A DNA stretch of 64,000 bases from assembly GCA_041665025.1 (NCBI GenBank), contig JBAYJP010000001.1:110555-174554 (forward strand), read 5' to 3'. Both the position numbers and the translations under genes were made by a program. The first letter of the stretch is position 1. Each line of letters opens with the position of its first letter. Positions 20,098 through 30,397 of the stretch are shown here, one piece after another. The notes under the pieces are model-generated. The model made no database searches, had not been told where the DNA came from, and saw only the letters and a list, made by a program, of their open reading frames with translations. The DNA is from Candidatus Magasanikiibacteriota bacterium (GTDB lineage: Bacteria > Patescibacteriota > Patescibacteriia > Magasanikbacterales > UBA922).

Positions 20098-20213
20098 ATA
20101 GAACACGGATTGAACTAATTTAACGAATCAAAACGAATTCGTTCAAATTAGTTAGATTAGTTAGATTAGTTAGATTAGTTAGATTAGTTAGATTCGTTTT
20201 ATTCGTGTTCTAT
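20098..20213. repeat. 9-nt-periodic palindrome with an (ATTAGTTAG)x5 expansion
   Basis: First 31 bp identical to the 23293 copy; five perfect 9-mers at 20147-20191. Confidence 0.9.
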
Positions 20214-20229
20214 TTTTTAATTTAAAAAT

Positions 20230-21480
20230 ATGAATAAAATTAAATTATCACAATACGATCCAGCTACCCAACAAGCAATACAAAAAGAACTCAATCGCCA
20301 AGAACAAGGTCTTGAGATGATTCCATCTGAAAACTTCGTCTCAATCGCCGTACTCGAAGCGCTTGGATCTGTTTTGACAAACAAATATTCTGAAGGGTAT
20401 GTAGGCAAACGATATTATGGCGGTTGCGAATTTATAGATGAAGTGGAACAACTTGCGATTGACAGAGCAAAACAATTATTTGGCGCGGAACATGTAAATG
20501 TTCAACCACTGTCTGGCGCCCCTGCTAATATTGCAGTGTATTTTGCCTTGCTTGAACCTGGTGACACAATACTCGGAATGGATTTGTCTCATGGCGGACA
20601 CCTTACACACGGGCACCCTGTCACCTACATGACAAAAATATTTAACTTTGTCAGATACAAAACTGATACACAAGGAAAAATAGATTTGGATAATTTGCGC
20701 GAAATGGCGCAGACACACAAGCCAAAGGTTATTCTAGTTGGATACAGCGCGTACTCGCGTGAAATTGAATATGAAAAAATAAAAGCTATTGCAGACGAAG
20801 TTGGCGCAATCACTATGGCAGATATTGCTCACATTGCCGGCCTTATTGCTGCTGGCGAGATGAACAATCCGGTGCCCATTTTTGATGTCGTAACAACTAC
20901 GACGCACAAAACATTGCGAGGTCCTCGCGGCGGTATGATTATGTGCAAAGAAAAATTTGCAAAACAAATTGACAAAGCAGTTTTCCCTGGATTTCAAGGG
21001 GGACCACATGAAAATAATATTGCAGGAAAAGCAATTGCCTTCAAAGAAGCGTTGGAACCTTCTTTCAAAGAATATGCTCAGCAAATAAAAAAGAACGCAA
21101 AAGTATTGGAGAAAAAATTCAATGATTTCGGGTACAAGCTCATGTTTGGGGGAACAGATAATCATTTGCTACTTGTTGATGTATTTGCTTCAAAAGGAGT
21201 GACGGGCAAACATGCCCAAGAAGCTCTAGACAAAGCAGGTATTACAGTAAACAAAAATATGATCCCTGATGATCCGCGAAGTCCTATGGATCCATCAGGT
21301 ATTCGCTTTGGTACACCAGCCCTGACTACGCGCGGAATGAAAGAAGCTGAGATGGAATTGGTTGCAGACTGGATGAACGAGGCAATTATACATTGGGAAG
21401 ATGATGCCAAGCTGACAGAAATTAAACAACGAGTCATAGAATTAACTGCAAAATTTCCTTTATACCCTGAATTACAATAG
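20230..21480 (+). CDS. glyA: Serine hydroxymethyltransferase
   Basis: [40 protein letters not shown]. Confidence 0.98.
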   Translation: MNKIKLSQYDPATQQAIQKELNRQEQGLEMIPSENFVSIAVLEALGSVLTNKYSEGYVGKRYYGGCEFIDEVEQLAIDRAKQLFGAEHVNVQPLSGAPANIAVYFALLEPGDTILGMDLSHGGHLTHGHPVTYMTKIFNFVRYKTDTQGKIDLDNLREMAQTHKPKVILVGYSAYSREIEYEKIKAIADEVGAITMADIAHIAGLIAAGEMNNPVPIFDVVTTTTHKTLRGPRGGMIMCKEKFAKQIDKAVFPGFQGGPHENNIAGKAIAFKEALEPSFKEYAQQIKKNAKVLEKKFNDFGYKLMFGGTDNHLLLVDVFASKGVTGKHAQEALDKAGITVNKNMIPDDPRSPMDPSGIRFGTPALTTRGMKEAEMELVADWMNEAIIHWEDDAKLTEIKQRVIELTAKFPLYPELQ

Positions 21481-21555
21481 AACGCGAATCTAACGAATTG
21501 AACGAATCGAAACAAATTCGTTCAAATTCGTTAAATTAGTTCAATCCGTGTTCCA
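21477..21555. repeat. 9-nt-periodic palindrome overlapping the glyA stop codon
   Basis: Right arm attcgttaaattagttcaatccgtgttc is the exact reverse complement of the left arm of the 20098/23293 copies. Confidence 0.88.
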
Positions 21556-21561
21556 TTATTT

Positions 21562-21996
21562 ATGCAAAAAATAAATTCTACACCAGAAATGATAAACTTT
21601 GGTAAAGAAATCGCCTCTAAACTCAAAGGTGGTGATATTGTATTACTCCATGGAGATCTCGGAGCAGGAAAAACTACCCTGACGAAAGGGATTGCCATGG
21701 GATTGGGTATTACAGATGATATTGTTAGTCCGACATTTACGTTGATGCAAGAGTATAAGATTGAAGATTCAAGATTTAAGATTAAAAGATTACTTCATGT
21801 TGATACATACAGACTGGAAAACGAGGAGCAGCTGATTGAAATCGGTGTGGAAGATTATTTGGGAGATAAAGAGACGGTGTGCGTGATAGAGTGGCCGGAG
21901 AAAATAAAAAGGTTATTGAAGAATAAAAAAGTGCACAATATAATAATTGAACACAACAACATACAGGGGAGAAAAATCATATATGAAAAAAAATAA
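21562..21996 (+). CDS. tsaE: tRNA threonylcarbamoyladenosine biosynthesis ATPase
   Basis: GDLGAGKTT, SPTFTL, HVDTYRL, IEW. Confidence 0.95.
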   Translation: MQKINSTPEMINFGKEIASKLKGGDIVLLHGDLGAGKTTLTKGIAMGLGITDDIVSPTFTLMQEYKIEDSRFKIKRLLHVDTYRLENEEQLIEIGVEDYLGDKETVCVIEWPEKIKRLLKNKKVHNIIIEHNNIQGRKIIYEKK

Positions 21997-22690
21997 AAAA
22001 ATTAATATGAATCTATTTATCACAATTTTGGGTGTTCTTGGGCTTTCAGTATTGGGTATTTTAGGGTGGGGTTACAAAAAAATTGATTTAAAATATAGAC
22101 CTCTAAAAATAAACCAGAAAGAAATTTCTAATAATTTTTCTTATCCAATAAAAGAAATAATATCAATTACTAATGCTAGAGATGAAAACTTGTATGACAT
22201 TGGTTTGAGGATTGACATAAATAATCAACAAAAGCTAACAATAAAAAAACAGGACGACTTTGATATAAATATCAGCGAAAAAATGGGAGATACCTTTATA
22301 AATAAGGATATCAAAACAGTAGATATATATTATAATAAAGAGACGAACGATAAGCATTTCTATATCATTAAACTATATAAGATCGAGAAGAAACAAGAAT
22401 TGGAAATTGTTATACCACCAGAAACTAAAATAAAAATTCGAGTTAAGGAGTTTGATATTAAACCAAACGATATAGCATACCCGTCGTTTGGAAGTATGAA
22501 AGGTATACAATTAGGACTTACTAATTTTGACACCTATTTTTCCAGACAAGAAAAAAATACCAGGGAACAAATCAGTTCAATAATTTTTACAATGTATATC
22601 AACCAGAGACCTGTCGAATCACCTCCAATTACTTTCAAAGGTTATACGTCAAAAAAAACTATAGTCAATCCAATTTTACTTCAGCAATAA
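21983..22690 (+). CDS. Hypothetical protein with an N-terminal TM anchor
   Basis: Long, very AT-rich ORF; hydrophobic LFITILGVLGLSVLGILGW. Confidence 0.7.
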   Translation: MKKNKKINMNLFITILGVLGLSVLGILGWGYKKIDLKYRPLKINQKEISNNFSYPIKEIISITNARDENLYDIGLRIDINNQQKLTIKKQDDFDINISEKMGDTFINKDIKTVDIYYNKETNDKHFYIIKLYKIEKKQELEIVIPPETKIKIRVKEFDIKPNDIAYPSFGSMKGIQLGLTNFDTYFSRQEKNTREQISSIIFTMYINQRPVESPPITFKGYTSKKTIVNPILLQQ

Positions 22691-22749
22691 ATACGAATCA
22701 AAAATCTAGTAGAATACAATTTTATATTTAAAACCAAAAATAATTTTTA

Positions 22750-23286
22750 TCATTTGGACGAATACTTACATCCACAATAACTTTGTCTATATATATTTCT
22801 TTCTTCAACCAAACGCCTCCCCTTTTCTTGCCTTCCACCTTTCTTCCAATCAACATCATAAAACTTCAAGCCATACTTTTCAGCTAGCTTTAAACCAATC
22901 GGATGAATAACATCTGATTTTTTATTTCGTCCGCTCGTTAAACTCGTCCCAAAAATATCAAAATCATGTTCTTTTGCATATTGAGCCGTTCGATTCAATC
23001 GTAATGTAAAACACTGAATGCATCGAGCTCCGCCTTCTAGTTCTTTTTCGAGACCAGTAACTTTTTCGTGCCATTTATCTTGCTCATAGTCCATATCCAC
23101 CATGGGCACGTTCCACTCTTCACACACACGAACCACTTCTTTTTTTCGTTTGAGATATTCTTCTTCGGGGTGAATATTTGGATTATAAAAAAAGACAGTC
23201 AAATCGTATTTGCTTTTAAGTTCATCGACAATGGCGATACTACATGGCGCACAGCAGGTATGGAGTAAAAACTTTTGCTTTTGCAT
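22750..23286 (-). CDS. queH: Epoxyqueuosine reductase QueH (DUF208)
   Basis: LLHTCCAPCS, FFYNPNIHP, RC..CF..RL, YRQSYCGC. Confidence 0.95.
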   Translation of the reverse strand: MQKQKFLLHTCCAPCSIAIVDELKSKYDLTVFFYNPNIHPEEEYLKRKKEVVRVCEEWNVPMVDMDYEQDKWHEKVTGLEKELEGGARCIQCFTLRLNRTAQYAKEHDFDIFGTSLTSGRNKKSDVIHPIGLKLAEKYGLKFYDVDWKKGGRQEKGRRLVEERNIYRQSYCGCKYSSK

Positions 23287-23292
23287 AAAATA

Positions 23293-23372
23293 ATAGAACA
23301 CGGATTGAACTAATTTAACGAATTTGAACGAATTCGTTTCTATTAGTTTTATTCGTTAAATTCGTGTTCTAT
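23293..23372. repeat. 9-nt-periodic palindrome (atagaacac family)
   Basis: atagaacacggattgaactaatttaacgaat...attcgttaaattcgtgttctat. Confidence 0.88.
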
Positions 23373-23378
23373 TTTACT

Positions 23379-24608
23379 TTACTTAAAATAATCTTTATTC
23401 TTCAACTCTCGCGGCAAATAATCCTGCTTTGCCTCTTCACCTTTGAAGTCTGGTGTATATTTATAATCTTTACCATACCCAATATCTTTCATAAACCTCG
23501 TCGGTGCATTGCGTAAATGTAATGGGACACCCAAATGAGATGTAGCTTTTGCATCTTCTGCAGCTTTTTGATATGCCGTATACAACAAATTAGATTTCTT
23601 CGACTTGGCGCAATATACCACAGCTTGCGCGAGATGAACAGAGCATTCAGGCATCCCAATCTTATGGCAGGCATCATACGCGGCATTTGCCTGTATCATA
23701 GCTTCACTATTTGCCATACCAATATCTTCACTCGCAAAACGAAGTACCCGACGAGCAACATACAAGGGATCCGCTCCGCCCTCAAGCATCCGTGCGAGCC
23801 AATACAATGCCGCGTTTGCATCTGACCCTCTCATTGATTTGTGCAAAGCTGAAATAAGATTATAAAATTCTTCTCCTTTTTTATCAAATATCAGATGGGT
23901 TCGTTGCAGGGCTTCTTTGACATCCTCTTTGTTTATTTCAATCTTGTTCCCTGCTCCCTCCTTATTCCCTGTTTTAAACGCTAATTCTATCCCATTCAAC
24001 GCCACTCTCGCATCTCCTCCAGCTAATTCTGACAAAAATTCAATAGTCTCTTTCTCAATCTTCACTTCATATTCGCCCAGTCCCCTTTCTTTATCTTGAA
24101 GAGCTTGTTGTATTATTTTTACAATATCATGTTCTTCTAATCTTTTTAAAATAAATACTCGAGAACGTGATAACAATGGTCCAATAATTTCAAACGAAGG
24201 ATTTTCTGTTGTCGCACCGATTAATACAATTCTACCCTTCTCAACATATGGCAACAAGGCGTCTTGTTGTGCTTTATTCCACCTATGAATTTCATCTATA
24301 AACAAAATCGTACGCTTTTGTTCGTACTTCACACGTTCTTCTGCCCGTTTTATGACCTTTCTCAAGTCATCTTTACCACTTTCAACACCACTCAAAATTT
24401 CAAAATACGACTCAGTTTGCTGCGCAATTAAATTCGCCAAACTTGTCTTGCCAACACCCGGGGGACCCCAGAGCATTATAGAAGAAAGTTCATCATGCTC
24501 AATGAGCTTACGCAACAACTTGCCTTTGCCCACAATTTCCTGTTGCCCTACAAATTCATCAAAATTACGCGGGCGCATGCGGTCTGCCAATGGTTGCTGT
24601 TTTTCCAT
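23379..24608 (-). CDS. rarA: Replication-associated recombination protein A (MgsA)
   Basis: PLADRMRP, GPPGVGKT, FIDEIHR, GATTENP, ISALHKSMRGSD, VPLHLRNAPT. Confidence 0.96.
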   Translation of the reverse strand: MEKQQPLADRMRPRNFDEFVGQQEIVGKGKLLRKLIEHDELSSIMLWGPPGVGKTSLANLIAQQTESYFEILSGVESGKDDLRKVIKRAEERVKYEQKRTILFIDEIHRWNKAQQDALLPYVEKGRIVLIGATTENPSFEIIGPLLSRSRVFILKRLEEHDIVKIIQQALQDKERGLGEYEVKIEKETIEFLSELAGGDARVALNGIELAFKTGNKEGAGNKIEINKEDVKEALQRTHLIFDKKGEEFYNLISALHKSMRGSDANAALYWLARMLEGGADPLYVARRVLRFASEDIGMANSEAMIQANAAYDACHKIGMPECSVHLAQAVVYCAKSKKSNLLYTAYQKAAEDAKATSHLGVPLHLRNAPTRFMKDIGYGKDYKYTPDFKGEEAKQDYLPRELKNKDYFK

Positions 24609-24616
24609 ATATACTA

Positions 24617-25714
24617 TTAGTCAGAATCTTTGAACCACAATTTATATAATCTAAACGCCACTCGTTCAAACATACGCGTAAAAAAACTACGCTCTTTCCA
24701 TTTGACTTCTTCGAGAGTATAGGAATTATCCATCCAACGCTTCAATATGCGTTGAAGCTTGCCCACAATTTTTTTATCATGAGTTTTTATATTTACTTCA
24801 TAATTATGGTAAAAACTTGTGAATTCAATATTACTGCTTCCTATCATCGCCCAATCATCATCAACCACAATACCTTTACCATGGGACATCTTTTTTAATA
24901 AATGTATGCGTACACCTAATTTTTCTATAATCGAAAACCACGCATGCGCGGCATATTGCATAAACCGTAAATCACCGCGATATGGGATAAGCAGATCAAC
25001 TTTTACCCCACGTTTGCGCGCCTGCCACAAGGCATGAACAAATTCTTTTCCTGGGAAATAGTAGGGGGAAAATAGAATAATGCGTTCACGGGCTTTCATA
25101 AAGGCCTCTATATAACGCTCACGGACCCGAGAATATTTTTTTTCTGTTGGTTTATCATACACAAAATCCAACAATGCATGTTTCACACGATGTCTATACC
25201 TTAGCAGATGTTCAACTGACGCACGCTCACCTCCAGACTGAATATATAATTTCGCAAAAGATCGTAAAAGCGACCGTACAATTTTCCCGCGCAATTGCAT
25301 ATGAATATCATTCCAATCTTTCATATGATGCTGGACATTCACGCCCCCAACAAAACCAATCTGCCCATCAACAACCAAAATTTTACGATGCGTACCGCCC
25401 ATAAGCCATTGCCGTACTCCATAAAAAGGATGTTTAAACGGCCTAAATATGCGTATATCCACATGAGACTGTGCAAGTTGAGCAATCATTTTCCGTGATA
25501 GACTAAAACTTCCCCAATAATCTAGTACGATTTTCACATCCACGCCTTGCAATGCTTTCTGTTTGAGTAAATCAAAAAATGGCGTACCAGAAGAGTCATC
25601 AACCAATACAAAAACTTCCCAATAAATTGAACTCTGAGCATGCGCAATAGCTTCATACATCGCCTGCCATGCTTGCGATGTCGTATCATATATATTGTAT
25701 GCGGATGTCTTCAT
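24617..25714 (-). CDS. Cardiolipin synthase-like phospholipase D (ClsB type)
   Basis: Two HKD motifs (HRKILVVD and HGKGIVVD), GGVN, SPYYFP. Confidence 0.88.
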   Translation of the reverse strand: MKTSAYNIYDTTSQAWQAMYEAIAHAQSSIYWEVFVLVDDSSGTPFFDLLKQKALQGVDVKIVLDYWGSFSLSRKMIAQLAQSHVDIRIFRPFKHPFYGVRQWLMGGTHRKILVVDGQIGFVGGVNVQHHMKDWNDIHMQLRGKIVRSLLRSFAKLYIQSGGERASVEHLLRYRHRVKHALLDFVYDKPTEKKYSRVRERYIEAFMKARERIILFSPYYFPGKEFVHALWQARKRGVKVDLLIPYRGDLRFMQYAAHAWFSIIEKLGVRIHLLKKMSHGKGIVVDDDWAMIGSSNIEFTSFYHNYEVNIKTHDKKIVGKLQRILKRWMDNSYTLEEVKWKERSFFTRMFERVAFRLYKLWFKDSD

Positions 25715-25790
25715 ACATTCTTAATGTACCATAAATAGAGTTTTTTTCAAGTATGGTATACATACTAGAAAAAATTCTTACCTTCAATCC

Positions 25791-25851
25791 TTTACAAGTC
25801 TCTCTCTATTAACTATAATTTCTGCAACCCGCATACCGCGGGCAGGAGGTG
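25791..25851 (+). promoter_or_regulatory. sigma70 promoter, 5' hairpin and strong SD of GC-rich unit 1
   Basis: TTTACA-17 bp (containing tctctctct)-TATAAT; cccgc-atacc-gcggg hairpin; AGGAGGTG 9 nt before the ATG at 25861. Confidence 0.75.
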
Positions 25852-25860
25852 AAACCCACC

Positions 25861-26100
25861 ATGAACGGGAGGTGGTGGGAACAATTCCCGTGGGAGGTGT
25901 TTTTCCTCTTCGCCATCCTGGCGGTTCCGTGTCTGGCGGATGCTTTTAGTTCGCCAAACCCCGCCGAGATGGTAAAACTCCCTCCGTTGTTCGTCGGCCT
26001 TGAGTGCTTGGCTGGCGGACTTCTCATATCGCTTCTGCATGTACGCGACGAACGCCGCGATAGAAAGAAGCGGTACCTGCAGCAGAGCCAGGGCTGCTAA
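25861..26100 (+). CDS. GC-rich small membrane protein (79 aa, two hydrophobic segments, basic tail)
   Basis: MNGRWWEQFPWEVFFLFAILAVP...LLISLLHVRDERRDRKKR; has its own promoter, SD and terminator. Confidence 0.7.
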   Translation: MNGRWWEQFPWEVFFLFAILAVPCLADAFSSPNPAEMVKLPPLFVGLECLAGGLLISLLHVRDERRDRKKRYLQQSQGC

Positions 26101-26129
26101 CTCCTCGAACCCTGGCTTGATTCCTAAAT

Positions 26130-26163
26130 AAAACGCCCACACAAAAGTTGCGGGCGTTTTTTT
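26130..26163. terminator. Bidirectional terminator
   Basis: aaaacgccc...gggcgttttttt. Confidence 0.7.
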
Positions 26164-26215
26164 ATTTACTATAATAGCAAAAACTAGAAAACAGCTAATT
26201 TAAGTGCTCGAATGA

Positions 26216-27853
26216 TTAGTGTTTCAGCGCTACTTTTATAAATTCTCTAAACAGCGGATGTGGTCGCATGGGACGTGATTTGAACTCGGGATGAAATTGA
26301 CTGCCCACAAAAAAAGGATGATCTTTTAATTCTACAATTTCAACTAAATTTGATTCTGGATTCACACCAACTACATGCAGGCCTGCTTTTTCCATTTCAT
26401 CGCGATAATCATTATTGAACTCATATCTATGGCGATGGCGTTCTGAAATTTTTTCTATCCCATACGCTTTGCCAGCCTTAGTTCCTTTTTTTAGTACGCA
26501 ATCATATGCACCGAGACGCATGGTACCACCATACCTATTTTCGCGCACATTTTGCGCCTGATGAGGATTGATATGAATGACAGGATTTTTTGTATCTGGA
26601 CTAATTTCAACCGTATGCGCGTCTTTTTTCCCCAGCACATTTCTGACAAATTCAATGGTGGCCAACTGCATACCATAGCAAAGCCCCAAATAAGGCTTTT
26701 TGTGTTCGCGGGCAAACGTAACAGCTTTGATAATCCCTTCCACACCGCGCGACCCAAATCCTCCAGGGACAATAATACCATCATACCCCGCAAGCATAGA
26801 GACTTTTTTGGAATCCTTTTCAAACTCTTCTGAGTCAATCCAATCAAGTGCAGGCTTTACATGATGAAACCAGCTTGCGTGTTTTATCGCTTCAATAACT
26901 GAGATATACGAATCAGACAATGTGAACGTGCCGGTTCCAAAATATTTTCCCACAACAGCAATTTTAACCTCTTTGGTACTTGTTTTGATCGTATGGACAA
27001 ATGTATTCCACGGAGTTAAGTCTGTTTTGCGTGGTCGTGTATGGAGCACTTTGAGTACTTTATTTCCGATTTGCTGTTCTTCCAGGCGAATAGGAATTTC
27101 ATAAATTGAAGGCACATCTGGAGCTGAGATACAATTTTCTTTTCTGACCCCACAAAACACGGCAAGCTTTTCACGGCGAGGTTTGTCTAATTCAAAAGGC
27201 CCGCGTGCGACGATAATGTCTGCTTGAATTCCTGCTGTATTCAATGTGCGTGCCGCATGCTGTGTTGGTTTGGTCTTCATCTCACCCAAATGAGAAGGTA
27301 CAGGCATATAGCTCACAAGAATAAAAGCTACATCATCTGGACGATTCATCTTCATCATGCGAGCCGCTTCGAGAAAAAGTAAATTTTGATATTCACCAAG
27401 CGTACCACCAACTTCAATAATCGTGACATCAGCATTTTTCTTTTCAGCTGCGGCAGTAATTCTCCTAATCACTTCCTCGGGAATATGAGGTACAACCTCC
27501 ACACAACGTCCTTTGTATTTCATGGCACGTTCATTTTCAATGACTGTCAGGTATACACGTCCCGTCGTCATGTAATTTTCTGAATTCAAATCAGTATCCA
27601 AAAAACGCTCATAATTGCCCATGTCCTGGTCTGTCTCGTCTCCATCATTTGTCACAAAAACCTCTCCGTGCTCTACCGGATTCATGGTTCCTGCATCAAC
27701 ATTGATATACGGGTCAATTTTAAGCGCAGTAACACTAAATCCTTTTGCCTCAAGTATAGCTCCGAGAGAAGCAGACGTTACTCCTTTTCCAACTCCGCTC
27801 AAAACCCCTCCTACGACAAAGACGTATTTACGTTTTTTAGTTTTTGCTACCAT
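26216..27853 (-). CDS. pyrG: CTP synthase
   Basis: GGVLSGVGKG, KIDPYINVDAGTM, KTKPTQH, GLCYGMQ, QFHPEF. Confidence 0.98.
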   Translation of the reverse strand: MVAKTKKRKYVFVVGGVLSGVGKGVTSASLGAILEAKGFSVTALKIDPYINVDAGTMNPVEHGEVFVTNDGDETDQDMGNYERFLDTDLNSENYMTTGRVYLTVIENERAMKYKGRCVEVVPHIPEEVIRRITAAAEKKNADVTIIEVGGTLGEYQNLLFLEAARMMKMNRPDDVAFILVSYMPVPSHLGEMKTKPTQHAARTLNTAGIQADIIVARGPFELDKPRREKLAVFCGVRKENCISAPDVPSIYEIPIRLEEQQIGNKVLKVLHTRPRKTDLTPWNTFVHTIKTSTKEVKIAVVGKYFGTGTFTLSDSYISVIEAIKHASWFHHVKPALDWIDSEEFEKDSKKVSMLAGYDGIIVPGGFGSRGVEGIIKAVTFAREHKKPYLGLCYGMQLATIEFVRNVLGKKDAHTVEISPDTKNPVIHINPHQAQNVRENRYGGTMRLGAYDCVLKKGTKAGKAYGIEKISERHRHRYEFNNDYRDEMEKAGLHVVGVNPESNLVEIVELKDHPFFVGSQFHPEFKSRPMRPHPLFREFIKVALKH

Positions 27854-27939
27854 AACTAAAATTATTAAGAAACAAATTCCAGCAACAGTATACCACAAAC
27901 CAACATAAATAAAAATCCCTCCGGAGGTGGAGGGACTAT

Positions 27940-28386
27940 TTATTCTTCGTAGACACTGACGCGGAGCTCTGCCTCAAGCCCGTGATTGAACCGCACAACT
28001 GCTCGATGTTCTCCGAGTTCTTTAATTGAATGTGGAATAAAAATTTGGACAGGCTTTATTGCCACGCCATATTGTTTTTTTATTACTTCAACAAGTTTAG
28101 AACCATTTACGCTTGCATACAACTTTCCTTCGCTATTTATTTTACCAAAAACCTCTAGTTCAGCCCCATCGAGCTTACCAGCAGTTTTCTGCTGTTCTTT
28201 GAGCTCTTGCTCAGCCAGCTTTGTCTTCTTTTTTTCCTGAGCCTCAAGCTGAACTACCACATCAGTCGTCATAATTTTGGCCAATTTTTTTGCCAATAAA
28301 AAATTTCGAGCATATCCTTCTGCTACTTCTTTTATATCCCCCTTTTTGCCTGTTCCCGATACATCTTGTAAAAGTATTACTTTCAT
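27940..28386 (-). CDS. rplI: 50S ribosomal protein L9
   Basis: [41 protein letters not shown]. Confidence 0.97.
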   Translation of the reverse strand: MKVILLQDVSGTGKKGDIKEVAEGYARNFLLAKKLAKIMTTDVVVQLEAQEKKKTKLAEQELKEQQKTAGKLDGAELEVFGKINSEGKLYASVNGSKLVEVIKKQYGVAIKPVQIFIPHSIKELGEHRAVVRFNHGLEAELRVSVYEE

Positions 28387-28518
28387 ACTCTATATATAAT
28401 AGAACAACCTTGAATTTTACGCAAGTACATGGTATTATCTCACTATTAGGCAAGGAAACCAGATACTAGAATGTGAAAGTCTATTCCGGTTTCCAGTTTC
28501 TTAATCCAATATCCCACT

Positions 28519-29367
28519 ATGAAATCTGGTTTTGCAATACTCGTAGGACGTTCAAATGTCGGAAAATCTACTCTTCTCAATACCCTGGTAGGAACCAAAA
28601 TTGCTGCCACGTCTTTTCGCGCACAAATGACGCGAGATATTATTCACGGTGTTGTCAACATGCCCGAAGGCCAGATTGTGTTTATGGACACACCCGGAAT
28701 ACTGAAAGAAAAACACAGTAGTCTGACAGGAAAATTGATTGAAAAAGCAAAAGATGCTCTTCAAGGTGTGGACGTTATCTTGTATGTAGTAGACCCAAGT
28801 CGTGAAATTGGAGATGAAGAAAAATTTACCTATGGTCTTATTCGCCATATTGAAGTACCAAAAATTTTGGTAATAAATAAAAGTGATTTGTCTCAATCTG
28901 AACGCAGACATCAGCAAGAATATGAACGATGGGGTTCTGATTTTAATGCCGTGTTTGCACTTTCTGCCCTTCGCGCAAGCCATATCCAACCACTCAAAGA
29001 AAAAGTTCTTGAACTTCTACCAGAAGGACAGCCTATGTATGATGGTGCTCAGCTTACAAATGTCCACGAATATTTTTGGGTAGGAGAATTGATACGTGAA
29101 AAAATATTTTCAGTATTTGATAAAGAAGTCCCCTATTCTATGACAGTGGAAGTTCAGAGCATAGAAGAAAAAAAAGATATGTTCGTTATTACCGCGCACA
29201 TACTTACTAATCAGGAACGATACAAAAAATTAATTATTGGCAAAGGTGGAAGCAAAATAAAAGAAATTGGTGTGATGGCCCGACGTGAATTGGAACAATC
29301 ACTTAATAAAAAAGTGTTTTTGGAATTAGAAGTTGAAGTTGATGGACATTGGATTGAGAGGGTTTAA
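28519..29367 (+). CDS. era: GTPase Era
   Basis: KSGF..VGRSNVGKSTL, DTPG, NKSD, EVPYS, IIGKGG KH domain. Confidence 0.96.
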   Translation: MKSGFAILVGRSNVGKSTLLNTLVGTKIAATSFRAQMTRDIIHGVVNMPEGQIVFMDTPGILKEKHSSLTGKLIEKAKDALQGVDVILYVVDPSREIGDEEKFTYGLIRHIEVPKILVINKSDLSQSERRHQQEYERWGSDFNAVFALSALRASHIQPLKEKVLELLPEGQPMYDGAQLTNVHEYFWVGELIREKIFSVFDKEVPYSMTVEVQSIEEKKDMFVITAHILTNQERYKKLIIGKGGSKIKEIGVMARRELEQSLNKKVFLELEVEVDGHWIERV

Positions 29368-29376
29368 TAACAATAT

Positions 29377-29895
29377 ATGCCCGAACTAATAACCGAAGTA
29401 GACAGAAGTGACGGTGAAATTGGTGCTCGCCCGAAGACAGATTTTTTTACCAACCACGAGCTCATTTGCCGTACATCCCACCTATATCTGTTCAATTCAA
29501 AACGGCAACTCCTCATGCAATTGCGTGCCAAAAATAGAAAAAATTACCCAAATCAATATGATGCATCAGTATCGGGGACCGTGCGTGCAGGAGAAACATA
29601 CAACCAAGCGCTTGAACGAGAGATGAAAGAAGAATTAGGTATTTGCATACCTGCAACTATGTTTATAAAAGGATTTTATGAAGATGACATACACCGTTCG
29701 CACAAAATGTGCTTCTGGGGTATGTATGATGGTCCGATAGAAATCCAAAAATCTGAAATCGCTCAAATACTGTGGATCGACAGAACTGAACTCAAGAAAA
29801 AAATGGCAGAAGAAAAAGATAAATTTTGCCCTCCATTTTTAGAGGAACTGCATGAGATAATCCAAAAAAATTATTTAATAGAAGTATTTACATAA
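29377..29895 (+). CDS. NUDIX hydrolase (IDI/YfcD-like)
   Basis: LFNSK.QLLMQLR, SVSGTVRAGETYNQALEREMKEELG. Confidence 0.85.
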   Translation: MPELITEVDRSDGEIGARPKTDFFTNHELICRTSHLYLFNSKRQLLMQLRAKNRKNYPNQYDASVSGTVRAGETYNQALEREMKEELGICIPATMFIKGFYEDDIHRSHKMCFWGMYDGPIEIQKSEIAQILWIDRTELKKKMAEEKDKFCPPFLEELHEIIQKNYLIEVFT

Positions 29896-29932
29896 ATTCC
29901 CCCGAGTGCCGAGGGAATTTTTATTTTGTTTA

Positions 29933-30283
29933 TTATGTTAGATTGAGCATTTCTTTTATCATTTCCACATCTCTTTTTATTTTTTCAATAAGCTCGCCTG
30001 TATTGTCAAATCGCTCCAATTCACTTACTTTTTGTTTCAAATCAACATCTATATGCTTGTCGTACAAATCTTCCCCTATATAATCGATTAAATATACCTC
30101 TACTTTCCAAGGCTGTTCTCGAATAGCGACAGCTGCTTTATACCTCGTGCGGTCAACAAAAGCAAAGCCGGCATACACGCCACTCCCCCATACCACATGT
30201 TGCTTTTTACAATCAATATTAGCAGTAGGATAACCATACTGTTTTCCTAGACCATCGCCATGTACGACTTTGCCTCCGAACAT
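29933..30283 (-). CDS. Stand-alone riboflavin kinase domain
   Basis: GKVVHGDGLG..YGYPTAN, GVY, VEVYL, DLY, F....LI..I..D. Confidence 0.88.
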   Translation of the reverse strand: MFGGKVVHGDGLGKQYGYPTANIDCKKQHVVWGSGVYAGFAFVDRTRYKAAVAIREQPWKVEVYLIDYIGEDLYDKHIDVDLKQKVSELERFDNTGELIEKIKRDVEMIKEMLNLT

Positions 30284-30397
30284 ACGAATAAAAGATTAAA
30301 AGATTCCGTCTTCGCCCCGAATACCAGGGGCTACGCCGGATAAATTCCAGATTAGAAGATTAATAAAATTTTCTTTCAATTTCTTTATTTCTAGTTT

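Noticed and set aside
20098-23372. Recurrent ~30-bp repeats as a possible CRISPR array
   Set aside because: Copies are kilobases apart, palindromic and periodic, with no unique spacers and no cas genes.
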